DNA from: Candidatus Eremiobacteria bacterium
GTDB taxonomy: Bacteria; Vulcanimicrobiota; Vulcanimicrobiia; Vulcanimicrobiales; Vulcanimicrobiaceae
Assembly: GCA_963737065.1 (NCBI GenBank)
Contig: CAVTRC010000001.1
Location: 224,001-288,000, forward strand
DNA: 64,000 nt
Direction: 5' to 3'
Below, piece by piece: positions 20,018 to 29,686 of the stretch. The position numbers and the translations under genes were made by a program. Numbering within the stretch: position 1 is the stretch's first letter; each line of letters opens with the position of its first letter. Under the pieces are notes generated by a model that worked only from the letters and a program-made list of their open reading frames with translations, ran no database searches and was not told where the DNA came from.

Positions 20018-20359
20018 TTAGAACTGCATCCGTTCGACTTCGGTGTAGGCGTCCATGATTTTGTTACGCACCGCCATCGTGAACTGCATCGCGAGCGCAG
20101 CCTCTTCAACGGCTTTCACCGTACCGACCTCATCGTTGCTCTTGCCGAGCGCGAGGTCCGTCGACTTTTGCTGTGCCGTCGTCATCTGCTCGTTGACATT
20201 GCCCAGCATTGCGCTCAGCGTATCTTTGAACGACGACGATGCGCTCCGATCGGCGTCGCCGGAGAGCAGCTCCGCTTTCGGGGCACCGGGCGCGATATCG
20301 GGGACGAAGGTTCCGGGCGTGACCGAACTGATCGCCTTGCCGTAGCTGTTGATGTCCAT
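20018..20359 (-). CDS. fliE: Hook-basal body protein FliE
   Basis: SFKDTL..AVRNKIMDAYTEVERMQF. Confidence 0.93.
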   Translation of the reverse strand: MDINSYGKAISSVTPGTFVPDIAPGAPKAELLSGDADRSASSSFKDTLSAMLGNVNEQMTTAQQKSTDLALGKSNDEVGTVKAVEEAALAMQFTMAVRNKIMDAYTEVERMQF

Positions 20360-20377
20360 CTTCCTCTATATCCGGTG

Positions 20378-20827
20378 CTAGCTCTTGAGAAGAGAAATGT
20401 TCGCGTTGCTCATCGCCTGCGTCTCTTGGATCGCGGCGACGTTGGCCTGATACGCGCGCGACGCGGCCATCAGATCGACCATCTCCTTGACGACCTGAAC
20501 ATTGGGGTAGTGCACGTAGCCGCGCGCATCGGCTTCGGGATTGCCGGGCTCGAAAACGAGGCGATCGGGGCTGTTGTCGTTCTGAATACCGAGGACTTGT
20601 ACGCCCTCGACGCTCGCGTGTTCCGGTTGTGTCGGATCGAAGGGATCCGCGTTCGAATCGTTAGCGCCGGGCTTCTGCGCAAAAACCACGAGCTGCCGTT
20701 TAAAGGCCCCGCCTTGCGGCGTACGCGTTGTGTTTGCGTTCGCGATGTTGTTCGCGATGACGTCCATCGCGAGGCGCTGCGCGGACATGCCGGACGCGCT
20801 GATGTCGACGGGGTTGTAATAGCCCAT
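20378..20827 (-). CDS. flgC: Rod protein FlgC
   Basis: SASGMSAQRLAMDVIANNIANA, PEADARGYVHYPNV and ASRAYQAN. Confidence 0.97.
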   Translation of the reverse strand: MGYYNPVDISASGMSAQRLAMDVIANNIANANTTRTPQGGAFKRQLVVFAQKPGANDSNADPFDPTQPEHASVEGVQVLGIQNDNSPDRLVFEPGNPEADARGYVHYPNVQVVKEMVDLMAASRAYQANVAAIQETQAMSNANISLLKS

Positions 20828-21264
20828 TAGCTGGTCTGCTCCGTGATCGCTTCGCGCATGAATTTGTACTGCTCTTGCAAGAGCTGCGACATCGTCTCCG
20901 AGTACGACGAATTCTCTGAGAGCCGTGCCATCTCTTGATCGACGTCGACGTTGCTGCCGTCGACCCGCATCTGGATCGTCGAGTCGACCGTCGCTTGCGG
21001 GTCGAACGGCTTTGGCGCCTGCGCGCCCTCGATCCCGAACTGGCGGTCGTCATCCGTCGCGAGCGCGAGATCGTCCGTCGAAGCCGGCATCCCGAGCGAC
21101 GCCTGGAGCGCTTCTTTGAAATTCGTCGTAGAACGGCGGTAGTTCGGCGTGTTCACGTTCGCCAGATTGTTAGAAATCTGGTCGTTTTCCAGCGTCGCGC
21201 CCTTGATCGCGTGCCCGAGCAAATCGGTCGTTTGACCAAAGGAAATAGGGTTGATGTCGCTCAT
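20827..21264 (-). CDS. flgB: Rod protein FlgB
   Basis: ISNNLANVNTPNYR and RVDGSNVDVDQEM; start placed at ATG 21264. Confidence 0.95.
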   Translation of the reverse strand: MSDINPISFGQTTDLLGHAIKGATLENDQISNNLANVNTPNYRRSTTNFKEALQASLGMPASTDDLALATDDDRQFGIEGAQAPKPFDPQATVDSTIQMRVDGSNVDVDQEMARLSENSSYSETMSQLLQEQYKFMREAITEQTS

Positions 21265-21272
21265 CCCTCTTC

Positions 21273-21300
21273 GTATCGGCTTGCTATGCGCCGGTCTTGA
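21273..21300 (-). promoter_or_regulatory. Sigma28-type promoter for flgBC-fliE
   Basis: TCAA-N16-GCCGATAC, ending 8 nt before the ATG. Confidence 0.65.
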
Positions 21301-21367
21301 GGCCGTTCGGTTTGGCGGCTGGGCTGTGTCGCGGGGCGTGTACGTCTCCCGAACAGCCAAGAAATTC

Positions 21368-23122
21368 TCAGACGGCAAACTGTGCGGCGTGAAGACGCGC
21401 ATAATGGCCGTTTTGCACCATGAGTTCTTCGTGTGTTCCGAACTCTAGAACGCGCCCGCTTTCGATGTAAAGAATTTTGTGCGCGCGGCGGATCGTCGAT
21501 AGCCGGTGCGCGATGATGAACGTCGTGCGCCCCGGCAACAACCGGTCCAAGGCCTGTTCGATCAACGCTTCCGAATGCGAATCGAGCGCGCTCGTCGCTT
21601 CGTCGAGAATCAAGATGCGCGGGTCGCGGACGATTGCGCGCGCAATCGCAATTCGTTGGCGCTGACCGCCGGAGAGACGATAACCGCGCTCGCCGACTTC
21701 CGTGGCGTAGCCGTCGGGAAGTTGCGCCACGAACTCGTCGGCGTTCGCTTCGACGGCGGCGTTGCGCACTTCGTCATCCGTAGCGTCCAGACGGCCGTAG
21801 CGAATGTTTTGGGCGATCGATGCGCGGAACAGTTGGGGGTCTTGTGGAACGATTGCGATTTGCGACCGCAGGTCGGCTAGGCGTACCGACGTAACGTCGA
21901 TGCCGTCGATGCAGACACGCCCTTCTTGCGCCACGTAGAAGCGCGGAATCATGTTGACGAACGTCGTCTTGCCGGCGCCGGACGGACCGACGAGCGCGAC
22001 GATTTCGCCCGCTTCGATCGTCGCCACGACGCGCGAGAGTGCGGGCGGTTCTTCGCGGCTATACCAGAATGTGACGTCCTCGAATGTCACGCGACCTTGC
22101 ACGGCGGGCAGCGGCCGCGGAGAGGCGCTACGTTCTTCTTCGACCGGCAGCGTCAGTATTTCGTAGGCGCGTCCCGCACCCACCATCGCTTTGCTGATGT
22201 CGCCGACGAATGCCGCCATTCGATTCATCGGATTGATAAGGTTGACGACCAAAAGCCAATAATTGAACAGCGATCCGCTCGTCAAGCGTCCGGCCAATAC
22301 TTCACGCGCGGAAAACCAGATGATCGCAACGACGGCAAGTGAGATGATCGCCGAGATCACGGCCGGCTGCATGTAGACGAACTGATTCAACTTCATAAAA
22401 GCGCCGAAGTAGTCTTCGTTGCGGTTCGCAAAGCGTTTCGATTCATACCGCTCGCGCCCGAACGCTTTGACGATGCGTTGCGCTTGCAAGATCTCGGTAA
22501 GCGCCGAATACAGATCGGCGATCCGTGCTTGCGAACGTGACATGCTGGTCGAAATCAGCTTTTGAAAGAACGACACGGCGAGCGAAATGAGCGGCGCGAG
22601 GACGATCAACACGAGCGTCAGCAGCCAGTCAAGATAGATCATCACGACGAACGATGAAATGAACGTCGCGATCGCGGTGATCAATTGCGGCAGTGAAACG
22701 CTGACCGCATCGCTCATAACCTGCAAGTCGCTCGAAAAGCGTGAGATCAATTCGCCGGGACGCCAGCGATCGAACACGTGGATCGGCGCGCGCAATAATC
22801 GCTCGTAGAGCTGCTGTCGCAGGTTCGCGAGAAAACGCTGCCCACACCACGTCGTGATGTAATTCGTTCCGTACGTCGCGAAATTGGCGGCGACGAGCGC
22901 AACGTATGTTGCGCCGAGCGCCATGTAGAGCACGCCGAGTTCCGGTTGACCGGTATGCTTGCTTGCCGGCTCGATGACCGCGCTGATGATGCGGTTGAGC
23001 GCCCAGGGTGGTACCACCATGAGCAATCCGGTGATCACGCCGAGAACGATGGCAACGAATAGGCGAGGATAGTAGGGCCGGGCTTGCGCCGCCAACCGGC
23101 GCAGCGTCTCTCCGCGGGTCAT
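21368..23122 (-). CDS. ABC exporter, fused TMD-NBD (MsbA-like)
   Basis: Six TM segments, Walker A GPSGAGKT, LSGGQRQR and ILILDEATS. Confidence 0.93.
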   Translation of the reverse strand: MTRGETLRRLAAQARPYYPRLFVAIVLGVITGLLMVVPPWALNRIISAVIEPASKHTGQPELGVLYMALGATYVALVAANFATYGTNYITTWCGQRFLANLRQQLYERLLRAPIHVFDRWRPGELISRFSSDLQVMSDAVSVSLPQLITAIATFISSFVVMIYLDWLLTLVLIVLAPLISLAVSFFQKLISTSMSRSQARIADLYSALTEILQAQRIVKAFGRERYESKRFANRNEDYFGAFMKLNQFVYMQPAVISAIISLAVVAIIWFSAREVLAGRLTSGSLFNYWLLVVNLINPMNRMAAFVGDISKAMVGAGRAYEILTLPVEEERSASPRPLPAVQGRVTFEDVTFWYSREEPPALSRVVATIEAGEIVALVGPSGAGKTTFVNMIPRFYVAQEGRVCIDGIDVTSVRLADLRSQIAIVPQDPQLFRASIAQNIRYGRLDATDDEVRNAAVEANADEFVAQLPDGYATEVGERGYRLSGGQRQRIAIARAIVRDPRILILDEATSALDSHSEALIEQALDRLLPGRTTFIIAHRLSTIRRAHKILYIESGRVLEFGTHEELMVQNGHYARLHAAQFAV

Positions 23123-23208
23123 TCGGGCGCGGACTCCTCGGCCCGGGCGAATGAAACCTCCCCGCAGGTTTCCGGTACGTGATTATGGATCACAGAGGAA
23201 AGGCTAAT

Positions 23209-23799
23209 ATGCAGGACTGCTACTTCCATTCGAACGTTCCCGCGCTTGCGCCATGTGCCGATTGCGGAAGAGCGATTTGTGCAACATGCCGGGACGAGCG
23301 CGGCAGCTGCCCGAGTTGCCGGCTCGCGCAGAAAATCGATGCGACGGTCGGAACGCGCCAGCCGTTAGGCGGTCAAGTACCGCCGCGCGCGAGTGCGCCG
23401 CCTCCACCGCCTCCACCGCCGCCGCAAACCGCGCCGCGTGCCACGGTGACCGTTTCGGAACCGCAGGATCCGATTGAATCGCGTGCGCTCGTTGCACTCG
23501 GATATCCGCTGTGGCCGCTCGCGTTGCTGGGACTCTTTGACCGCAAGCAGTCACGCTATTTGAAGAAACAAGCTCTTCAAGCACTTGGATTCAACGTCGG
23601 TTTTGCCGCGTTTTGGGGTTTGCTCGAACTCGCCGGTAACGTGCCATGGCTCGGTATATCGGCGCAAATCATCCAGCCGTTTCTGATTCCCGTCTTCCTC
23701 GTCGCGAGCGTCTTCTTCGGCATCAAAGTTTGGCACGGTGACGACGTTCACGTGCCCGTGATCAGCGACTGGATCGACGAGCGCCTTCCGGCCGCGTAG
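23209..23799 (+). CDS. Membrane protein with N-terminal Cys/His zinc finger, Pro-rich linker and DUF4870-like domain
   Basis: CxxH..CxxC..CxxC..CxxC, poly-Pro, QALQALGFN and VPVISDW. Confidence 0.7.
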   Translation: MQDCYFHSNVPALAPCADCGRAICATCRDERGSCPSCRLAQKIDATVGTRQPLGGQVPPRASAPPPPPPPPPQTAPRATVTVSEPQDPIESRALVALGYPLWPLALLGLFDRKQSRYLKKQALQALGFNVGFAAFWGLLELAGNVPWLGISAQIIQPFLIPVFLVASVFFGIKVWHGDDVHVPVISDWIDERLPAA

Positions 23800-23803
23800 G
23801 CCG

Positions 23804-25240
23804 CTAGCCGGATCGCGCTTCGACGTACGCGCGGTATCGCGAGAGAAACTCGCGGGCGGTGCGTTCGTGATCGACGACCGGGCGCGGATACGAATCGCGC
23901 GAGAAGAGCGGCAGCATAAGTTGCTCTTGCTTTAAGCCGGTTGATGCGCGCAGTGCGGGAGCCGGGACATGCGCGAGCTCTTTGATCCACGTTTTGACGT
24001 AGGCGCCGGCCGGATCGTACCGGCGCCGTTGCTTTTCCGGATTGTAGATGCGCGGGAATTGCGCCATGTCGGCGCCGACCCCGGCGATCCACTGCCAGTT
24101 TCCCGACGCGATCGCGAGATCGTCTTCGATCAGCCAGCGATCCCATTCGTCGCGCCCGATACGCCAATCGACGTTGAGGTCGAAACAGAGAAACGATGCC
24201 GCCACCGGACGCACGTGCGGATGCATCCATCCGGTTGCGCGAAGTTGGCGCATGCCGGCGTCGACGAGTGGATATCCCGTCGTGCCGGCGCGCCAGGCAT
24301 CCAGCGCGGCGTGCGAACGAGCAAAGGCGAAGCCGCTCATGCGTTCCTGCAGCGGCTTCTCGTCGACTTCGGGATGGAAGTGCCCGAGCTGCAGAAAAAA
24401 ATCGCGTAACGCGATCGAGCGCAAAAACAATCGCAGCGATGCGCGTTCTTCCGTCAAGAGGAACGGATCGTCCATCCGTGCGCGCGTTGCACGAACCACC
24501 GTGCGCGCGGAGATCGTTCCAAACGAGAAGTGCGCGGAAAGATGCGAGGTCCGGTCGTCGCTCGGAACGTTGACCGCGACGGCGTACTGCATCGCGGACT
24601 CGGCAAGAAATCGATCGAGCGTTTCGCGCGCGGAGAAATTGCCACGTTCGATCGCCGCTTCTCCCGCACCGAAGTCGCGCGGTTGCGGCAGCGATTCGCT
24701 TTGTAACTCCGTCTGCGCGAACTTCAGGAGTAGGGGCGCTTCGTACGAGGGCAGTTCGCACGTGCGCCATACGTCGAAATACGGCGCAAACGCGCGATAG
24801 CCCGCGCCGCCGCTCGCCCGCACGGCGTCAGTTTCTTCGGGTGCAACGGCAGATGCATCGTGGACGATGATCGCTCGCAGCCCCGCTTCTTCCAGTTGCG
24901 ATTGAAGCCGCTCGTTGTGGCGCGCGCTCGCGCCATCGTAGGCGGCCGACCATGCGACGGCACTTGCCCCGCACGCGCGCGCGAGGTTTTTCAACGTGCG
25001 CGACACCGAGCCGCGACGCACGAGCAGTCTTGTTCCGCGTGCGCGCAACGCTTCATCGAGCGATGCAACCGCCGCGCAGAAGAACGCCGCCCGACGGGGC
25101 GAACGGCTCAAGCGCGCTTCCATCAGCCGATCGATGACGAGCACGGGCACGATCTCACCGATCGACGCCGCTTGTGCGAGGCCGGCGTGATCTTCTACAC
25201 GCAGATCGCGCGTGAAGCGGTACACGACGCGTGCACTCAC
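23804..25240 (-). CDS. phrB: DNA photolyase / cryptochrome family protein
   Basis: RDLRVEDH, TSHLSAHFSFGTIS, GTTGYPLVDAGMRQL, GNWQW and RIYNP. Confidence 0.93.
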   Translation of the reverse strand: MSARVVYRFTRDLRVEDHAGLAQAASIGEIVPVLVIDRLMEARLSRSPRRAAFFCAAVASLDEALRARGTRLLVRRGSVSRTLKNLARACGASAVAWSAAYDGASARHNERLQSQLEEAGLRAIIVHDASAVAPEETDAVRASGGAGYRAFAPYFDVWRTCELPSYEAPLLLKFAQTELQSESLPQPRDFGAGEAAIERGNFSARETLDRFLAESAMQYAVAVNVPSDDRTSHLSAHFSFGTISARTVVRATRARMDDPFLLTEERASLRLFLRSIALRDFFLQLGHFHPEVDEKPLQERMSGFAFARSHAALDAWRAGTTGYPLVDAGMRQLRATGWMHPHVRPVAASFLCFDLNVDWRIGRDEWDRWLIEDDLAIASGNWQWIAGVGADMAQFPRIYNPEKQRRRYDPAGAYVKTWIKELAHVPAPALRASTGLKQEQLMLPLFSRDSYPRPVVDHERTAREFLSRYRAYVEARSG

Positions 25241-25584
25241 AGCGTCTCCACGTAGGCCGTTACGTCGTCGACGTCTTGTGCGGTCAGCTGCGACGGGTAA
25301 AGTTTCGGCATGGGCGGATCGGGCTCTTCGATCATCGCACGAATCTCGTGCACCGATTTACGGCGCCGTTCGTCACGCAACGACGGTCCGACCCGGCCTG
25401 CAACGCCGCGCATTCCGTGACACGACGCGCAATTCGTCGCAAAGAGCGTCGCTCCGCGCGCGGCGCTCGGCGCCGTCGGCGTCGCACGTGCGGCGCTGCG
25501 AGCGCCGTTGCGAGCGTGCGAACACGCCGTCGCAAGAACGACGATGGTCAATGCGATGGTTAGCGTTAGGCGTGACCTCGGCAT
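25237..25584 (-). CDS. Monoheme cytochrome c lipoprotein
   Basis: Lipobox-like LATAC, CASCH heme motif, GPSL and MP axial Met. Confidence 0.8.
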   Translation of the reverse strand: MPRSRLTLTIALTIVVLATACSHARNGARSAARATPTAPSAARGATLFATNCASCHGMRGVAGRVGPSLRDERRRKSVHEIRAMIEEPDPPMPKLYPSQLTAQDVDDVTAYVETL

Positions 25585-25644
25585 GCTGGAGCGGCGTTTC
25601 GGTTTAAAGGGCTCCTTCTCCCTATTTGCGGAATTGACGCCTCC

Positions 25645-26136
25645 GTGGCGCGAAAAATCTTCCTGCGCTTTGCTCAAACTGGCGATATCGAACGTCTGCA
25701 ACGTGACGGCGTTCTTACCGGCGCGCCTTCGGCCCGCGAAACGTGGAGTGAACGCATGACGCTATGCCTGGCGGAGCAGAAGGCGGGGCGTCGCGTAATT
25801 CTCGTCGCCGAAGATCGAGGCGGACTACTCGGGATGGTGCAACTCGTCTTCAAATTGCCGACCGGCTACGTTGACCCCGAAGCGGCAAACGGCATGGACG
25901 TCGCGATGATGGAAAGCTTGCGCGTGCGTCCGAGCACGCCGCCGGAAGTGGGGACGGAACTCGTCGGTGAAGTGCAGCGATTAGCGATGAAGCGCAACGT
26001 CAAAACGTTGACCTTCCTGATCTCGATGGATAATACGCGCGGGATCAATCAAGCCAAAAGCTGGGGATTCGAAGAATTTCGCATCATGCCGGAAGCCGAC
26101 AAAATGCTTGCATTCTTTCGCAAATCCGTCGATTAA
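25645..26136 (+). CDS. GNAT family acetyltransferase
   Basis: ILVAED..LGMVQL, SLRVRP and NTRGINQAKSWGFEE. Confidence 0.75.
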   Translation: MARKIFLRFAQTGDIERLQRDGVLTGAPSARETWSERMTLCLAEQKAGRRVILVAEDRGGLLGMVQLVFKLPTGYVDPEAANGMDVAMMESLRVRPSTPPEVGTELVGEVQRLAMKRNVKTLTFLISMDNTRGINQAKSWGFEEFRIMPEADKMLAFFRKSVD

Positions 26137-26603
26137 CCGCGACGCGGGCACGAGCTTCGAATCGATGCTTCGGCCGCCGGATCGGGATGGCTTCCGGCCG
26201 GATATGCATAGATCGCGGTCAGCGCGATCGTGCCCCATTGAGAACGGATTTCATCGCGTACGTCTTTTGATCCCGGCAGCGCCTCGTGCACGTAGAGCGC
26301 AGGATGTCCATCACAAACCGTTATCGGCGACATCGTCTCGAACGGTTTCGCAATCACACGCTCGTTGTCGCGCCGCGCCGACCGCATCAGGAGTATCGTA
26401 GACCGGAACGACGGTGCCACCCAGCTTCGCACAGAAGAGTGTGACAACGACGGAACCCACTGCTCGGCCCACGCCGGCGGTGGACTAAACGCAAAACCCG
26501 CCGGGATCGTAGGTTGATTCTTCCGCTGCGCTCGCGCGAGAGCAACGATGGCTATTCCGGCAGCGATCAGCACGACTACCGTGCCGAACGCTAGCAGCAA
26601 CAT
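26133..26603 (-). CDS. Hypothetical membrane-anchored protein
   Basis: N-terminal TM helix; VCDGHPA..SIRSSCP cysteine pair. Confidence 0.6.
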   Translation of the reverse strand: MLLLAFGTVVVLIAAGIAIVALARAQRKNQPTIPAGFAFSPPPAWAEQWVPSLSHSSVRSWVAPSFRSTILLMRSARRDNERVIAKPFETMSPITVCDGHPALYVHEALPGSKDVRDEIRSQWGTIALTAIYAYPAGSHPDPAAEASIRSSCPRRG

Positions 26604-26726
26604 CGTATTCCGTATCGTTCGAGGTCGGTATGTTTCAAACGCTTCGAATGCACGGACCCATCGTGCTCGTCCGGACGCTAACGCGGCCGTTGCCGCGTCA
26701 CGCGCTGCGCAAACGTTCGGGATGAT

Positions 26727-27794
26727 TTACTGCTGAAACGGTTGTTGGTCGGTGTTCGGCGGCTGGAGTGCGCGGAATGTGAACGCGTCGCGATAGAGCC
26801 CCGCCGTGGCGCGGCCGTTAACCGTGCGCGGCGAATACCGCGCCTTCATCGCGGCCTTGCACACCGCGTCATCGAGCGAAAGATACCCCGACGTCTTCGT
26901 GATGGTGCACTTGACCGGATTTCCGCGCTCGTCGATACTCACTTCGAACGCGGTCGTTCCTTCGGCGCCTTGGAGATAGGCAATTTGTGAGGGACGTGGA
27001 TTTATTGCAGTGTCGCCGCCGATCGGCGTGGCATCGCGCACCATGTAACTCGGCGCAACCGCGATCGACTCGGCGTGACCCGCGAGCACCGGCGTCGCGT
27101 CGGCATGCGATACGTTCACCGCGGAGTTGTACGCATGCGGCATCGCTTCGTTCCGGCGCCATACCGGAACGTTCGATTCCGCGTCCTTCGTCTGCGGGGC
27201 GGGCGCCACAGCCGTTGAACCTTCAGCAGCGACCGTTGTTTCAGTTGTATGAACCGGCGCTTTCGTTTCCGCACGATCCGTTTGTTTGAGCGTAATAACG
27301 TTGTGAACGACGACGATCTTTGCTTGAGGTTGCGCGGACGGCTGCACGGGTGCGGGCGCAGCCGTCGCTTTCGCAAGCGTACGCGGCAGCGGGCGATGCT
27401 CGAGCGCAACGTGGAATGCGGCTGCAGGTTGCGGCTGCACTTCTTGCACTGCGACGGTCACCGGTGCGGACGTTTTCGCCGTGAGAACCGTATGCATCCC
27501 GAGCGATGCGATGATGGCGAGGATGACCGCCGAAACGCCGACGCTCCATACGCGGCGTACGGTGCGCATCCGGCGCTCTCCCGGACGAAGCGGCACCGGT
27601 TGCCACACTTCACTTTCAGCGGCGTGCTTGACCGTAACCATCACGCGTTCGATTTCGCGTTCGCCGCCCAGCGCGCGCAAACACGCCGCGCACGCCGAGA
27701 TATGGCGCCGGTAGTCGTCGCGTTCGGTTTCGCTCGCTTCGCCGAGCGCGATTGCACCGGCGAGAACTTCAGCGCGAGCGCAGTCCTTGTTCAT
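26727..27794 (-). CDS. Zinc-finger anti-sigma factor fused to a TonB C-terminal domain
   Basis: HISACAAC (HxxxCxxC), one TM helix, Pro/Ala linker, GAEGTTAFEVSIDERG..TSGYLSLDDA..YSPRTVNG; ATGA overlap with the sigma gene. Confidence 0.8.
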   Translation of the reverse strand: MNKDCARAEVLAGAIALGEASETERDDYRRHISACAACLRALGGEREIERVMVTVKHAAESEVWQPVPLRPGERRMRTVRRVWSVGVSAVILAIIASLGMHTVLTAKTSAPVTVAVQEVQPQPAAAFHVALEHRPLPRTLAKATAAPAPVQPSAQPQAKIVVVHNVITLKQTDRAETKAPVHTTETTVAAEGSTAVAPAPQTKDAESNVPVWRRNEAMPHAYNSAVNVSHADATPVLAGHAESIAVAPSYMVRDATPIGGDTAINPRPSQIAYLQGAEGTTAFEVSIDERGNPVKCTITKTSGYLSLDDAVCKAAMKARYSPRTVNGRATAGLYRDAFTFRALQPPNTDQQPFQQ

Positions 27795-28312
27795 TCCTTC
27801 TCCGTCATAACCGCTCGAAGGGTCTTCATTGCGCGGCAGACACGTTGCCGAACCGCGTCGGACGAGGTCCCGAGCATCGCTGCCGCCTCTTGCGACGAGT
27901 ACCCGGCGTAGCTCGTCAACAATACCGCGGCCGCCTGATCGGAAGGCAATCGCGCAAGTGCGGCCTGAAGATCGACAGACGCCGCGCTCTGCTCGTCGAT
28001 ACGCCAAGAACGCACGTCGTGATCGCGATCGAGCGGCAGCATGCGGACGATCTTTTTTCTCCGCAAAAACGAAATCGCACTGTTCGTCGCGGTTTTGTAC
28101 AACCAACCGGCCGTCAGCGGGCGGTCGGGATCCGCTTGCAGCGTACGATACGCCGCGAAGAACACATCTTGCGTGAGGTCGAGCGCGACTTCGCTATCGC
28201 CGACCATGCGCCGGAGATAGCGCGCGAGCTTCGTTTGATATTCCCGAACGAGCGTCTCAACCCGCAGTTGTGCGCCCGCGACCGAGCTGGTTGCGAGGTA
28301 GACCTCATCCAT
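27791..28312 (-). CDS. ECF RNA polymerase sigma factor
   Basis: ALDLTQDVF, WLYKTATN and GYSSQEAAAMLGTSSDAVRQRVCRA. Confidence 0.92.
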   Translation of the reverse strand: MDEVYLATSSVAGAQLRVETLVREYQTKLARYLRRMVGDSEVALDLTQDVFFAAYRTLQADPDRPLTAGWLYKTATNSAISFLRRKKIVRMLPLDRDHDVRSWRIDEQSAASVDLQAALARLPSDQAAAVLLTSYAGYSSQEAAAMLGTSSDAVRQRVCRAMKTLRAVMTEKE

Positions 28313-28647
28313 TGATCTGCCCCCCCTTTCCGACCCCAACGCCGGAGCGGCGGAATTCGTGACATTAGGCAACGGCACCCGGGCTCGCTCACACAGCGAG
28401 CGCTTGAGGCGTCTAAGCGGCCAAGCGACGGCGCTCGGGGACTTGCACGAGACTACTATATCTCGCACAAGTAGCCCCGAACCGGCTCGAGGGCGCATTG
28501 GTTCGAGCGGAAGCGTACCGGCAACAATACGGCGGTGCCGTGATTGGGCAGGCGCCTCGACGCTGCAGCGCATATTGTCCATTTTCACCTATCCGAATCG
28601 CAACGAAGAAGTCAGTTGCATCCTTGCCGAAGCTCTTCGAGAACCGA

Positions 28648-29667
28648 ATGAATGTAACGGAACCCATCGTAGACACGCGCCGGCGCGGACTGCGTGATCT
28701 GCGCATCTCCGTGACGGACCGCTGCAATTTCCGCTGCGTGTACTGCATGCCGAAGGAAGTGTTCGGCCCGGACTATCAGTTCATGCCGCAGGCGGAGCTC
28801 CTAACGTTCGAAGAGATCGTTCGCCTCGCCAAGATCTTCCACGCGCATGGAGTGGAAAAGATTCGCCTTACCGGCGGTGAGCCGCTGTTGCGTAAGGGAA
28901 TCGAACGGCTCGTCGAGATGCTTGCAACGGAACTGCCCGGCGTCGTTCTGACGCTTACGACGAACGGCTCGGCACTAAAAGCGAAGGCGAAAGCGCTCAA
29001 AGCCGCTGGCTTGACGCGCATCACCGTGAGCCTCGATTCGCTCGACGATGCGACGTTCAAAGCGATGAACGACGTTAACTTCCCGGTCGCCAAAGTTCTC
29101 GAGGCAATCGATACCGCTGCGGATGCGGGGCTCGCTCCCGTGAAGATCAATATGGTCGTGAAACGCGGCGTCAACGATTCGCATATCGTCGAGATGGCAC
29201 GGTACTTCAAAGGTTCCGGAAACATCGTGCGATTCATCGAATTCATGGACGTCGGCACAACGAACGGGTGGAAAATGGATCATGTCGTTCCGAGCGCCGA
29301 GGTCGTACGGTCGATCGATCGTGTTTTTCCATGCGTTCCCGCGCATCCGAACTACGCCGGTGAGGTCGCGAAGCGGTGGCGCTACACGGATGGTTCCGGC
29401 GAGTTCGGTGTGATTTCGAGCGTCACCGAAGCATTCTGCAGTTCGTGCACGCGCGCGCGTCTTTCGAGCGACGGCATGATGTTTACATGCCTCTTCGGGA
29501 GTAAAGGGCGCGACTTCAAATCGATGCTGCGCGAGGGAAAAACCGACGACGAGATCGCGCGCGCGATTGGCGCGATTTGGCGATCTCGCGACGATCGCTA
29601 CTCAGAAATCCGCACGAATGAGACCGTGAAGGAACGGAAAGTCGAGATGAGCTTCATCGGCGGATAG
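28648..29667 (+). CDS. moaA: GTP 3',8-cyclase MoaA
   Basis: [36 protein letters not shown] and C-terminal MSFIGG. Confidence 0.97.
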   Translation: MNVTEPIVDTRRRGLRDLRISVTDRCNFRCVYCMPKEVFGPDYQFMPQAELLTFEEIVRLAKIFHAHGVEKIRLTGGEPLLRKGIERLVEMLATELPGVVLTLTTNGSALKAKAKALKAAGLTRITVSLDSLDDATFKAMNDVNFPVAKVLEAIDTAADAGLAPVKINMVVKRGVNDSHIVEMARYFKGSGNIVRFIEFMDVGTTNGWKMDHVVPSAEVVRSIDRVFPCVPAHPNYAGEVAKRWRYTDGSGEFGVISSVTEAFCSSCTRARLSSDGMMFTCLFGSKGRDFKSMLREGKTDDEIARAIGAIWRSRDDRYSEIRTNETVKERKVEMSFIGG

Positions 29668-29686
29668 CCGCGGGAGCGAACGCCTT

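Noticed and set aside
23395..23425. CCG/CCT/CCA repeat tract
   Set aside because: Simply encodes a poly-proline linker
28313..28647. Moco or cobalamin riboswitch upstream of moaA
   Set aside because: Consensus segments not found, and the stems favour the opposite strand
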